Shown: positions 1 through 9,937 of the stretch, one piece after another
How positions within the stretch are numbered: the first letter of the stretch is position 1
How the letters are laid out: each line of letters begins with the position of its first letter
Assembly: GCA_963666425.2 (NCBI GenBank)
Contig: OY762825.2
Coordinates: 1,728,001 to 1,792,000, forward strand
Direction: 5' to 3'
DNA length: 64,000 nucleotides
Source of the DNA: Bacillota bacterium
GTDB lineage: Bacteria; Bacillota; JAAYKD01
Program-made: the position numbers and the translations under genes
Notes under the pieces: model-generated
Databases searched by the model: none
What the model was told of the DNA's origin: nothing
Seen by the model: the letters and a program-made list of their open reading frames with translations, nothing else

Positions 1-1046
1 AAAAAACCGAAGATGCGTCCCTGCATGTTCGCTTCGGATCTTTCCTGTAAGAGCGTCATCACGGCAGTTTGAACCATGGTCAGCGCAATCCCGTAAATCA
101 GCATCAGCATAAGATAAACGGTGAAATTGCGGATCGCCCCCATTGCGACGCTCAGTGCACCAAAAGCGGCATAACCCGTCAGCAAGGTTTTCTTCCGGTT
201 GACGAAACCTCCCCAGCTGCCAATCAAGATGCCACCGGCAGCCATCCCTGCAAACCCAATCAGCTCCACGGCGGTCAGATAGAAGTAGCTGTCGCCATAG
301 GTCCGGCTGACAAACAGTGCCGCTAGAAATCCAGCCGGCACACTCAAAATGATAAAGATCCCATAAATCAACAACAGTTTGGCGAGGAAACCTTCGGCAA
401 AGGCATAATTCATTGCCTGTTTCATTTCCGATAAAACAGAAAACGCTGCGCTGTCAGCTTTCTTTTCCGGCTTTGCTATCACAAGACAGGCAAGCAGCGC
501 AATACCGACAACGGCAGTGGCTACATCAATTAACAGCGTGCTGCGCAGGGTGTTCCAGGTCAAAATAGCACCGGCAGCGGCCGGCGCTGCAAATTGTACG
601 ACCGACTGCAGTGCGGCATTGACGCCATGAAAGCGCATCAACTGTTCTTCCGGAACCAGTTGCGGAATCATAGCGCCAACCGCCGGTATTTGTACACCTG
701 CGCCAAGAGAACGGATACAGGAGATGAATAACAACAGCAAAAAAAGTCCGGAACCGTCACCGAGCAACGGCATCAAAAGAGCAAGCAGCAGTGTCGCTGT
801 GGCAATGACGCTGTCGGATAGGATAATCAGCAGTTTGCGCGGATAACGATCCGCCCAAACACCGGAAAAAAGTGAAATCACAAATTGCGGCAGAAAAGAA
901 CAAATAGTCAGCGCCGAGACCAGAAATCCGGATGAGGTTTTCAGTGTTACATACCAGACAATCGCAAATTGAACCAAGGAGGAACCGAATAGTGTGATAC
1001 CCTGGCTAATTAAAAAGAGGATCGCTTGCTTTTTCCATCGCTGCAT
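1..1046 (-). CDS. MFS transporter, MefA/DHA3-like efflux family (3' end truncated by window edge)
   Basis: Not in the ORF track. ATG at 1046 with GGAGGT RBS upstream. Translates MQRWKKQAILFLISQGITLFGSSLVQFAIVWYVTLKTSSG, with the MFS motif-A-like GVWADRYPRK and many hydrophobic helices. Confidence 0.85.
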   Translation of the reverse strand, partial: MQRWKKQAILFLISQGITLFGSSLVQFAIVWYVTLKTSSGFLVSALTICSFLPQFVISLFSGVWADRYPRKLLIILSDSVIATATLLLALLMPLLGDGSGLFLLLLFISCIRSLGAGVQIPAVGAMIPQLVPEEQLMRFHGVNAALQSVVQFAAPAAAGAILTWNTLRSTLLIDVATAVVGIALLACLVIAKPEKKADSAAFSVLSEMKQAMNYAFAEGFLAKLLLIYGIFIILSVPAGFLAALFVSRTYGDSYFYLTAVELIGFAGMAAGGILIGSWGGFVNRKKTLLTGYAAFGALSVAMGAIRNFTVYLMLMLIYGIALTMVQTAVMTLLQERSEANMQGRIFGF

Positions 1047-1105
1047 AAAAAAACCTCCGTTTCTTTGTTAACGGAGATCATAGCATAGAAAGGAAGCTTG
1101 GTGTT

Positions 1106-1858
1106 TTACTGGAGGGTTGGCAATTTCAACTGCAGCGCAAGCAGTAAGCTTTGCATTTTCCTCGCGTCATGGCGTGTGTTTTGCAGAGATACGATCAGTT
1201 GGTCGCAAGCGGACACGATATCTTCACCGGCTGTAGGTGTATTCAATATTTGCTCTACCAAAGGGTGCTGCTCCCGGTTCAGCTGAAGCATCAGACGCAA
1301 GATTGACGCCAGGGAGTAGTTGGCACAGCGGAGGGTGCGGATGATATTCAGGCGTGCAAGATCCGCCGCACTGTAAACCCGATCACCATTTTGCTGCCGT
1401 TTTATCGTGATCAAGCCGTTCAGCTCCCAGTTGCGCAGTGTATCAACGCTCACATCCAACTTGGCTGCAGCCTCGCGCCGCCGGAGCGGCTTACCTTGGG
1501 CTGCTTCTTTGCTGCCGAGTTGGGTCTCGACAGCGACAACGGCAGCTTTGGCATTTTGTATCTCGCGGCTGAGCATGTCTTCATACACCTGCGCCGCTTG
1601 GATCGCGGCCGGCAAATCCAGCCAGGCACAGAGCCGGATGACTTCGATGGCTTTTTTGCGCAAGCCGTTTTGCAAGACCTCAGCCTGTAAAGCGAGCCGT
1701 ACCAGCTCCATTTGGCGCAGGTGCAGTTCCGTATACACCCGATAATGGTTAGCCAGACGCTGCGGGGCCGTGATCAAACCCAGCTCCTCATAGAAACGTA
1801 CGGTATTGGGATGAACGCCAATCAGTTTTGCTATTTCGCTTGTTTTGTATGTCTGCAT
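1106..1858 (-). CDS. MerR-family transcriptional regulator with two MerR HTH domains
   Basis: N-terminal YKTSEIAKLIGVHPNTVRFYEELGLI...NHYRVY and a second HTH, EAAAKLDVSVDTLRNWELNGLI...NGDRVY. Confidence 0.88.
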   Translation of the reverse strand: MQTYKTSEIAKLIGVHPNTVRFYEELGLITAPQRLANHYRVYTELHLRQMELVRLALQAEVLQNGLRKKAIEVIRLCAWLDLPAAIQAAQVYEDMLSREIQNAKAAVVAVETQLGSKEAAQGKPLRRREAAAKLDVSVDTLRNWELNGLITIKRQQNGDRVYSAADLARLNIIRTLRCANYSLASILRLMLQLNREQHPLVEQILNTPTAGEDIVSACDQLIVSLQNTRHDARKMQSLLLALQLKLPTLQ

Positions 1859-1922
1859 CGTTCACCATCATTTCTCCTAAATTTTGCGTGATTGTGCTTG
1901 CCGGAGCGATTTGATACGCTAT

Positions 1923-2501
1923 TCAGCGTGTGATCAGAGCGGTGGATAATTCTTTGGAAATTTTGACCAGCATTTCCGCCATAAAACGGGCGGATTTTTT
2001 CATATCTTCATCCAGCCATTTTTGGATGACACCGACGCAGCCGGTGATCGTAAAAGAATAGATATAATCGGCGTCTTCTTTACTGGTCGCACCATCTCGG
2101 GTCAATTCGCTGATGTTTTTTTCATAGACAAGCATCATAATTCGTTTTTGTATGTCCAAATCGCCGCGTTCGCTGAGCAATAATTTGCACAGCGGCGCAT
2201 TTTCTTTGATATAGTCAAAGATTTTCTCGATCATTCCCACCAGGTTACTGTCGGCTTTGCTTTGCGTGTACTCCGCCAGATAAGAGTCCACATTTTCAAG
2301 CAATTCATTTTCAATTGACCGCATCAGGTCGTACTGATCACTATAGTGCGCATAGAAAGTGGCTCGATTGATATCGGCATCTTCGCAGATTTCTTTAATG
2401 GAAATCTTGGCAATTTCTTTTTCTCCAAGCAATTTGATGAAGCTTTCTTTTAATACCATCTTGGTGTATTTTACCCTGCGGTCGTCTTTTGCTTTTTCCA
2501 T
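1923..2501 (-). CDS. TetR/AcrR-family regulator
   Basis: DRRVKYTK...ISIKEICEDADINRATFYAHY HTH. Start moved to MEKAKDD (ATG 2501). Divergent from the MMPL gene. Confidence 0.9.
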   Translation of the reverse strand: MEKAKDDRRVKYTKMVLKESFIKLLGEKEIAKISIKEICEDADINRATFYAHYSDQYDLMRSIENELLENVDSYLAEYTQSKADSNLVGMIEKIFDYIKENAPLCKLLLSERGDLDIQKRIMMLVYEKNISELTRDGATSKEDADYIYSFTITGCVGVIQKWLDEDMKKSARFMAEMLVKISKELSTALITR

Positions 2502-2566
2502 CTGCTTTTTTCTCCCGTTTCCATAAAAATTGTTAGTTACCAAACACTTTTAAGGTTTTTATCGGA

Positions 2567-2597
2567 CAACAGACAAGTTTAAAAGATCTGTTTGTTG
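2567..2597. promoter_or_regulatory. Candidate TetR operator (inverted repeat)
   Basis: CAACAGACA-N13-TGTTTGTTG (one mismatch) between the divergent tetR and MMPL genes. Confidence 0.5.
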
Positions 2598-2677
2598 ACT
2601 TATTATCATAGTGTTATTATATTATTCACATAGTTGTTTGTCAACAAGATGTTCAATATAATGAGGGGAGAGCAATA

Positions 2678-4747
2678 ATGAACCAATGGTCTCAATTTGT
2701 AATCCGGCATAAAAAAAGCGTACTTATCACTTTTTTAGCGCTGGCTGTTTTCAGTGGTGTATTTTCTGCAATGGTAACGGTGAATTATAATATGGTGGAT
2801 TATCTGCCGCAGGACGCGCAGTCCACCACGGCAATTCGTGTCATGACAGCAGAGTTTGGCGGTGAAATGCCCAATGCCAGGATTTTGATCAACAAGATCA
2901 GCATACAGGAAGCCCTGGAGTATAAAGCAAGAATTGCGGCTATCGAGGGGATCGATTCGGTCAGTTGGCTGGATGATGCCGTGGGTTTGGACCAATTGAC
3001 TACCACACCGATTGAGTTTCTGGATGCTGCGATTCTACAAAATTATTACCAAGATCAAAACGCTCTTCTGTCTGTATCCATCGCAAGCGGCAGGGAAAAA
3101 GAGACAGTAGCGGCGATTCGCACTCTGATTGGTCCGCAAAATGCAGTGGCAGGTGATGCGGTCAATACAGCAGCATCCCAGGAGATGTCTTTTTCGGAAG
3201 TGCTGAAAGCTCTGGCGATTTTGCTGCCGATTATTGTGATCATCCTGATCGTCTCGACCAGCTCTTGGATTGAGCCACTGCTGTTCCTTCTTTCGATCGG
3301 GATTGCTGTCATGATCAATATGGGCACGAATATTTTCTTTGGGGAAATCTCTTTTATTACATATGCGATCAGTCCCATCCTGCAGCTGGCGGTTTCCCTG
3401 GATTATGCCATCTTCCTGCTGCACAGTTTCAATGAGTATCGCTTGCAGTATGAACCGAAGGAAGCAATGAAGCTGGCCATGAAAAAATCCGTAGCCGCTG
3501 TTGCCGCCAGTGCGGCTACCACGGTGATCGGTTTCTTAGCCTTAATTTTCATGCGATTCGGCATTGGTGTTGATTTAGGACTCAATTTAGTCAAAGGCGT
3601 TTTACTGAGTTTTCTTTCTGTGATGACCTTTCTGCCTGCCTTGACGCTGCTGGTTTACCCTTGGATCGATCGGACCAGACATCGCAAACTCGTTGCCGGC
3701 TCACAGAACGTGCAGAAATGGCTGATGAAAATCTGCATCCCGTTTTTAATTCTGGCGGTGCTGGTGGTTGTACCTTGTTTTCTGGCTCAGTCCAATACGG
3801 AATTTACCTACGGCATGGGCGGTGTCTCAAAAGCAACGCGCGCCGGCCAGGACGCAGCCATGATTGAGGCGAGCTTTGGTCAAGAAAATCTGCTTGTCCT
3901 CTTGGTTCCGAACGGAACGGCCGGCAAAGAAGCGGAGCTCTGCACCGACTTAGCTGTCCTTCCCCATATTACCGCTGTCGTTTCTTATGTCACGGCGGTT
4001 GGGGCTGAAATTCCCAGTGAATATTTGGCGAAAGAAGTAACCGCGCAATTCTATTCCAAGAATTTCGCCCGGATTATTCTCTATACCGATATGGCCGAAG
4101 AAGGCAGGGAAACTTTTCAGACGGTAAAGTCTGTTTTGGCTGCGGCGGCGCAGCATTACGATGTCTATTACTTGGCAGGTCAGGCTGCTACTTTGTCTGA
4201 TATGAAAGATATCATTTCAGTCGATACCAAACTGGTCAATTTGGTTGCTATTATCGGGATTTTTATCGTGCTGCTGATCACTTTCAAATCGATCAGTCTA
4301 CCCTTCTTTTTATTGTTTACCATTGAAACGGCAATTTGGATCAATCTTTCTTTTGCTTATTTTACGGGACAGTCTTTTAATTTTATCGGTTATTTGGTGA
4401 TCAGCACGGTGCAGCTTGGCGCCACCGTTGATTACGCGATCCTCTTGACTGACCGTTATCTGGGCAATCGCCAAGAGCTTGCCAAAAAAGCAGCGATGGA
4501 GAAAACAATTGGGGATAACCTGGCTGCCGTGCTGATTTCAGCAACCGTACTGTCCACCACGGGCTTTACCTTGGCACTGACTTCGTCCAATCCAATTGTT
4601 GCCGAACTGGGCACGCTGCTCGGCAGAGGCACGCTGCTTTCCTTCCTGATGGTGGTCTGTGTGCTGCCGGCTTTGCTGGTGTTGTTTGATCGATTGATTG
4701 AGAAAACCACTTGGCGCAGCGGATTTCATCCCAACCAGCGCGAGTAA
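2678..4747 (+). CDS. MMPL/RND-family membrane transporter
   Basis: Two MMPL halves, each with a soluble loop followed by TM helices. Motifs AVSLDYAIFL and GATVDYAILL. Confidence 0.9.
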   Translation: MNQWSQFVIRHKKSVLITFLALAVFSGVFSAMVTVNYNMVDYLPQDAQSTTAIRVMTAEFGGEMPNARILINKISIQEALEYKARIAAIEGIDSVSWLDDAVGLDQLTTTPIEFLDAAILQNYYQDQNALLSVSIASGREKETVAAIRTLIGPQNAVAGDAVNTAASQEMSFSEVLKALAILLPIIVIILIVSTSSWIEPLLFLLSIGIAVMINMGTNIFFGEISFITYAISPILQLAVSLDYAIFLLHSFNEYRLQYEPKEAMKLAMKKSVAAVAASAATTVIGFLALIFMRFGIGVDLGLNLVKGVLLSFLSVMTFLPALTLLVYPWIDRTRHRKLVAGSQNVQKWLMKICIPFLILAVLVVVPCFLAQSNTEFTYGMGGVSKATRAGQDAAMIEASFGQENLLVLLVPNGTAGKEAELCTDLAVLPHITAVVSYVTAVGAEIPSEYLAKEVTAQFYSKNFARIILYTDMAEEGRETFQTVKSVLAAAAQHYDVYYLAGQAATLSDMKDIISVDTKLVNLVAIIGIFIVLLITFKSISLPFFLLFTIETAIWINLSFAYFTGQSFNFIGYLVISTVQLGATVDYAILLTDRYLGNRQELAKKAAMEKTIGDNLAAVLISATVLSTTGFTLALTSSNPIVAELGTLLGRGTLLSFLMVVCVLPALLVLFDRLIEKTTWRSGFHPNQRE

Positions 4748-4809
4748 TGGGCGATAGCTGCCCGGTTAAAAAGCCAAACGAAACGATGATAGAACAAGGA
4801 GAAGATAAG

Positions 4810-6348
4810 ATGAGAAAAATAATCGCAGCGATGATAACCATTGCGGTCCTGTTTACCTTCATGCTGCCAACCTACGCCGCAGCGACTCCTTCACCCAAAG
4901 AAGAGGTTGTTTACGGTATCCTTGCTTTGGATGGGAGCGTTACTTCTGTCTACGTCGTCAATATCTTTGATGGCGGAGAAATTGTCGACTATGGAGATTA
5001 TCGTGAAATCCGTAATTTAACCACTTCCGAAAAATTAAGCAATCAAAACGGGCAAATCACGGCTACGACGACAGCGGAAAAATTGTATTATAAGGGAACA
5101 CTGAAATCGCAGGAATTACCATGGAAGATTGTTGTCAAATATTTCTTGAATGGCATAGAGCTTGCGGGATCCGAACTGGCCGGACAGGATGGAGCTCTGC
5201 AAATCGTCGTGGCAGTCAGCCGCAATCCCCTGGTGAACAGTACTTTTTTTGAGCATTATGCCTTGCAGATCACACTCGCGTTGGATACGAAACGCTGCAG
5301 TAATATTCAGGCAGAGCAGGCTACCATTGCCGAAGCAGGCAGTAAAAAGCAATTGAATTATACACTGCTGCCAGGTAAAGAGGCAGAGATTCGGGTATCG
5401 GCGGATGTGCACGATTTTGTTATGGATGCGATTACGATCAACGGCATCAAATTGTCTCTCAACATTGCCTTCGACCAAACGGAATTGACCGGTCAGTTCA
5501 GCCAGCTCAGCGAGGCAATCAAAGGCTTGGATGACGGCTCGCTGCAGCTGTTAGCCGGCGTAAATCAATTATCGCTTGGTTTGGAACAGTATTTTACCGG
5601 TATGAAAAGCTACAAGGACGGCTTAGCGGAACTTGATAACGGGATGGCTGGTCTGAATGCCGGAGCCGGCGCTCTGCAAAAGGGTCTATCCGAATTGTCA
5701 ATGCAAAACGATAGCCTGGTGCAGGGGGCACTTGCCATCCAACAAGCGGCTTTTGATACGGTCAATCAGCAACTTGCCGGCATGGGATTGGCGCTTCCGC
5801 TGTTGACAGCGCAGAATTACAAGGCAGTCCTCGCTAATTTACCGGATCTTGCCCTGATTCAGGCTCAACTGGATGCTGCGGTGCAGTTTGCGGCGGGTTT
5901 GAAGAACTACACGGATGGAGTCGCCCAATTGGCGGTTGGCGCGGGGAATTTAGCAAGCGGCACGTCCCAATTGAAAACCGCTGCGGCAAAAGCTGCTTCC
6001 GGAGCCGATCAGCTTTATCAGGCAGGTGTTCAGCTGAATGCGGCAGTTAAACAGCTGCAGGAGGGTCTGGCTGCCTATCAGAACGGCACCAGTCAGTTAA
6101 AGAACCAAACCTCCAATATGGCGGCTGAGACAAGCAGCCGGATCAATGCCATGATTGCAGCGCTGACCGGCAGCGGAGGAGAAACCGTCTCTTTTGTCTC
6201 GGAGCAGAATACCAATATCTCTGCGGTTCAGTTTGTCTTAAAAACAGAAGCGATCAAATTGAAGGATACCGCTCCGGCCGTGATCCAGCAGCCTGCCGTA
6301 TTGACGTTTTGGCAGAAGCTATTGAAATTATTCGGTCTGTATCCATAA
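4810..6348 (+). CDS. Secreted/membrane-anchored YhgE/Pip-like coiled-coil protein (MMPL partner)
   Basis: Signal peptide MRKIIAAM...PTYAA, KEEVVYG motif, long LxxGxxxL heptad repeats, C-terminal SFVS...VQFVLKT...TFWQKL. Start moved to ATG 4810. Confidence 0.75.
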   Translation: MRKIIAAMITIAVLFTFMLPTYAAATPSPKEEVVYGILALDGSVTSVYVVNIFDGGEIVDYGDYREIRNLTTSEKLSNQNGQITATTTAEKLYYKGTLKSQELPWKIVVKYFLNGIELAGSELAGQDGALQIVVAVSRNPLVNSTFFEHYALQITLALDTKRCSNIQAEQATIAEAGSKKQLNYTLLPGKEAEIRVSADVHDFVMDAITINGIKLSLNIAFDQTELTGQFSQLSEAIKGLDDGSLQLLAGVNQLSLGLEQYFTGMKSYKDGLAELDNGMAGLNAGAGALQKGLSELSMQNDSLVQGALAIQQAAFDTVNQQLAGMGLALPLLTAQNYKAVLANLPDLALIQAQLDAAVQFAAGLKNYTDGVAQLAVGAGNLASGTSQLKTAAAKAASGADQLYQAGVQLNAAVKQLQEGLAAYQNGTSQLKNQTSNMAAETSSRINAMIAALTGSGGETVSFVSEQNTNISAVQFVLKTEAIKLKDTAPAVIQQPAVLTFWQKLLKLFGLYP

Positions 6349-6381
6349 AAAGCTGAACAAAGCCTGAACTCCTGCAAAATG

Positions 6382-6430
6382 AATACGCCTGTCACCACCG
6401 ATCAACAACCGGCAGTGACAGGCGTATTTT
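6382..6430. terminator. Intrinsic terminator between convergent genes
   Basis: AATACGCCTGTCAC...GTGACAGGCGTATTTT inverted repeat. Confidence 0.75.
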
Positions 6431-6459
6431 ACGAAGAATCCAAAATTCAGTGGCTTTAC

Positions 6460-7512
6460 TTACTTTGCAAACTGAGTCAGCGCAGCAAATTGGCTTTGGG
6501 TTAAATCGCATCCATAGAAGAGTTGATAATATTCGGCTGTTTTTGCATAGAGATCATAATTCGTGGTTTCGGGATAAAGTAAGTCGGTCAGCCAGAGCAT
6601 TCCCATGAAAATATTGACAGACGGAGGATCGCCCAACCAATTATAAGGACCGCTGGGTACCTGATAAATATGACCGGCCGCAACGGCTTGCAGCTGCTGC
6701 CAGGCGGCATCCTGACCGACGGATGGATAGATACTGCCCGGTGCAAAGAGTATGACCTCTGGATCCCATAACAGCAGTTGTTCCAGATCCACTTCGTTGC
6801 CGCTGCCTTTGAAGGAAGGGGAAGCAACCACTGCCAGGTTATTGCCTACCAGATCGATGACTTCGGCATGAAAAGAAGTCTTTGCAATCACATTGAGTCC
6901 GGTATCACCCAAACAATAGAGCAGGGAGGCTTTTTGTTGCTTGGCCAAAATCCCATTGACGGTGGACAGCGTTTCTTCACAGAAAGCCGCCAGTTTTTCC
7001 GCTTGTTCTTCCCGACCAAGCAGTTTTCCTAAGCTGCGGTACGCTGCAGCCATGGTTTCTGTGGTGGCTTCAATATGGATGGTCGGGATGCCAATCTGCT
7101 GTTGGATGCCATCCATGTCTTCCACGATCGTTTTTTTGGATTCGCCAATATCAATGATCACCTGAGGATCCGCAGCGGCAACTGCTTCCGGATCTAAGGT
7201 GTTCACACCATAGAACTGGCCGAGCACCGGCAGTTGATCGTATTTTATGTCGATGAATTGCTTGGCTTCGGGTGCCCATTCATCGGCTAAACCAACCAAC
7301 AGATCGGGGCAAATGGCAAAGAGGACAATTTGAGCCATCAGACCGGAAGCGGCGACACGGGTGATATTAGCAGGCAGTTCTACAGACCGTTTGCTGGAAT
7401 CGATGAAATTGACGAGTTTCTCAGGGCTTTTTGCAGCCGGCGCAAAAGGATTACAGCCGGTCAGCAACAAGCAAATCACTAAGAGCAGAACGAACAATTT
7501 TTTTCTGTGCAA
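6460..7512 (-). CDS. ABC transporter substrate-binding lipoprotein (class III, BtuF/FepB/MolA-like)
   Basis: Lipobox LLLTGC, DPEAVAAADPQVII and VDLEQLLLWDPEVIL motifs. Confidence 0.88.
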   Translation of the reverse strand: MHRKKLFVLLLVICLLLTGCNPFAPAAKSPEKLVNFIDSSKRSVELPANITRVAASGLMAQIVLFAICPDLLVGLADEWAPEAKQFIDIKYDQLPVLGQFYGVNTLDPEAVAAADPQVIIDIGESKKTIVEDMDGIQQQIGIPTIHIEATTETMAAAYRSLGKLLGREEQAEKLAAFCEETLSTVNGILAKQQKASLLYCLGDTGLNVIAKTSFHAEVIDLVGNNLAVVASPSFKGSGNEVDLEQLLLWDPEVILFAPGSIYPSVGQDAAWQQLQAVAAGHIYQVPSGPYNWLGDPPSVNIFMGMLWLTDLLYPETTNYDLYAKTAEYYQLFYGCDLTQSQFAALTQFAK

Positions 7513-7527
7513 GATGGATCTTCTCCT

Positions 7528-8298
7528 TTAATTGAATTTTGGGATGCAAACACGGACCTTATCATTTTGAAAACTTTCCACGGAAGCTTGGACGCCGTAG
7601 AGTTGCTCCAGCAAGTCTGCCGTGATCACTGCTCGGGCAGCTCCCTGTGCAACAATTTTGCCATTCTGCAGCGCCAGTACCTGGTTGGCATAACAAAGAG
7701 CGTGATCGGGATTGTGTGTTGAAAACAGAACGGTATAACCATCCTGTGTTAAGCTTTGGATTTGACGCAGGACGTGCAGCGCATTGCCGTAATCCAGGCT
7801 GGCAGTGGGTTCATCCATGATCAGTATTTTCGCCCCCTGCGCCAGCGCACGGGCGATCAAGACCAGTTGAGCTTCGCCGCCGCTGATCTGTTCAAAGCCG
7901 CGTTCTGCCAAAGGTAGGATATTCAGTTTTTGTAAAGCGGCTTCCGCCTGATGATACTGTTTGCTCCCCGGCGCCTGCAGCATGCCAACCTGTGCCGTCG
8001 TACCCATCAAGACCATATCAAAGACACTGAAATTGAACGTCTGGCTGTGCGATTGTGGGATATAAGCAATTTCCGCAGCCAGTTCCCGGGCGGTCAAAGC
8101 AGATGCCTCCCTCCCGTTGATCTGAATGGAGCCATGATAGCGGAGCAGCCCCAGCATGCAGCGGAATAAGGTGCTCTTGCCGGCGCCATTGGGGCCCAAC
8201 ACCGCCAGTAATTCACCTGCCGCTGCGGTGAAACCAATTTGCTGCAGCACCGGTGTTTGGCCGTAATGGCAGTTTAAATCCCGGACGAGAATACTCAT
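7528..8298 (-). CDS. ABC transporter ATP-binding protein (FepC/BtuD-like)
   Basis: Walker A GPNGAGKST, signature ISGGEAQ, Walker B IMDEPT. Confidence 0.93.
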   Translation of the reverse strand: MSILVRDLNCHYGQTPVLQQIGFTAAAGELLAVLGPNGAGKSTLFRCMLGLLRYHGSIQINGREASALTARELAAEIAYIPQSHSQTFNFSVFDMVLMGTTAQVGMLQAPGSKQYHQAEAALQKLNILPLAERGFEQISGGEAQLVLIARALAQGAKILIMDEPTASLDYGNALHVLRQIQSLTQDGYTVLFSTHNPDHALCYANQVLALQNGKIVAQGAARAVITADLLEQLYGVQASVESFQNDKVRVCIPKFN

Positions 8299-9317
8299 AG
8301 CTGTTCTCCCTTTCCGGTGATCAGGTAGAGGAAGAAGGGAGCACCGATCAGAGCCGTGAGAATGCCGATGGGAATCTCAATGGCCAGTAAATTACGGGAA
8401 ACATTATCCACCAAGAGCAGAAACAAAGCGCCAAACAGCATGGCAACCGGCATCAGGGATTGATAATTGCTGCCAACCAGACGCCGGGAGAGATGGGGGA
8501 TGACCAGGCCGACCCAACCGATCATACCGCTGACAGAGACCGCCGCGGCCGTGAGCAAGGTGGAAGCAAGAATCACCAGCAAACGCAGCATTTTGGCATT
8601 GATCCCCATGGTGCGGGCTTGATCATCGCCCAAGGTCAGCAGATTGATCCGCCAGCGCAGCATCAGCAAAATCACAAGACCGACCAGCATCGGGAGGGTC
8701 ACAAAGAGCAAGTCATTGGCTTTGATCCCAGCCAGACTGCCCATCAGCCAGTAAGTGATGGCAGGCAGCTGATCGGTGGGATCCGCCACCAGCTTGAGAA
8801 AGGAAGTTCCGGCGGAAAAGAGGGAACTGATCATCATGCCGGATAAAATGAAACCCAAAACACGGCTGCCTCTGGCGCGCAGGCTGATCAGCCAAACCAG
8901 CAAGACGGTGAGCAGGCTGAAACAGAAGGCGCTCAGCATAATCAGCTGACTGCTGCCGCCCAAAAGAATGGCCAGGGCGGCGCCGAAGGCGGCTCCGGCC
9001 GTAGCGCCCAGAATATCCGGCGAAGCCATGGGGTTTTGGAAGACACCCTGATAGGCGGCTCCGGCAGCGGAAAGAGAGCAGCCCACGAGGCAGGCGGCTA
9101 AGATCCGGGGCAGCCGAACATTGAAGACAATCGATTGCATCCGTTCCGTCCAGAAAGGCGTGATCGAAAAAAACCTGCCTGCCAAAATCCCAAGCAGCTC
9201 AGGCAGCGGCACCGGGTAGCGTCCCAGCAGAAAAGAAAGGCAGATCAGCAAAAACAGCAGCAGGCTGAGCATCAAAATAATCCGATTGGGATGTTTGACT
9301 TTGCTTTGTGGTTTCAT
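8295..9317 (-). CDS. FecCD/BtuC-family ABC permease
   Basis: RLPRILAA, QGVFQNPMASPDILG and GMIGWVGLVIPH motifs. Confidence 0.93.
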   Translation of the reverse strand: MKPQSKVKHPNRIILMLSLLLFLLICLSFLLGRYPVPLPELLGILAGRFFSITPFWTERMQSIVFNVRLPRILAACLVGCSLSAAGAAYQGVFQNPMASPDILGATAGAAFGAALAILLGGSSQLIMLSAFCFSLLTVLLVWLISLRARGSRVLGFILSGMMISSLFSAGTSFLKLVADPTDQLPAITYWLMGSLAGIKANDLLFVTLPMLVGLVILLMLRWRINLLTLGDDQARTMGINAKMLRLLVILASTLLTAAAVSVSGMIGWVGLVIPHLSRRLVGSNYQSLMPVAMLFGALFLLLVDNVSRNLLAIEIPIGILTALIGAPFFLYLITGKGEQL

Positions 9318-9937
9318 ACCGTTGCAACCTCGGCTGGATTCGCTCGTTGGCAGCTTGGCGGCACGGCCAGCTTGCCATTCCGCGCCAGGAAGTCATGCAT
9401 TTCCTGCGCGCCGGGCAGGTAATCAACCAACTGCGTGCCAGGCATTGCACAGAACAGCGCTTCCAGTTCGTCGTGATAAAGCAGAAGATCAGGGCTGAGA
9501 CGAGCTTGTTCGATCATTTGTGCCAGATTCGCCCGGCTTTTCCAAACGCCTAGAATAACACGGTCGGAGCAGAACAATTCCCGTAGTCGCTGCCGTACCG
9601 GAGGTAACTGCAGTTCGGCACCGCCGATTTCATCCAAAACCAGAAAGGGCTGGCACTCGGTCAGGGTGATGAATTGCCGCAGAAAGGCATCCGCTGCAAA
9701 CTGAGCACCATCGGCCGTGAGATTCAAGAAAATACCAGCTTGCTTTGGGTCGTATGGCAGACAGGCTGTTTGAGCCTCTGCCGCCGGGGTCAGGCAGTAG
9801 GCTCTGATACCGCTCGGCAGCAGCAGACGCTGCACAATAAAACCTCCGGCCGGCCGTTTTGCTTGACGTAGGGTTTGCAGCAGCAGGCTCGTCTTTCCGC
9901 TACCGGAAGGACCTTGCAATAGCAGCTTGGAGATCAT
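9314..9937 (-). CDS. P-loop NTPase (THEP1/NTPase_1-like)
   Basis: GPSGSGKTS, GGF and LVLDEIGGAE motifs. Confidence 0.75.
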   Translation of the reverse strand: MISKLLLQGPSGSGKTSLLLQTLRQAKRPAGGFIVQRLLLPSGIRAYCLTPAAEAQTACLPYDPKQAGIFLNLTADGAQFAADAFLRQFITLTECQPFLVLDEIGGAELQLPPVRQRLRELFCSDRVILGVWKSRANLAQMIEQARLSPDLLLYHDELEALFCAMPGTQLVDYLPGAQEMHDFLARNGKLAVPPSCQRANPAEVATV

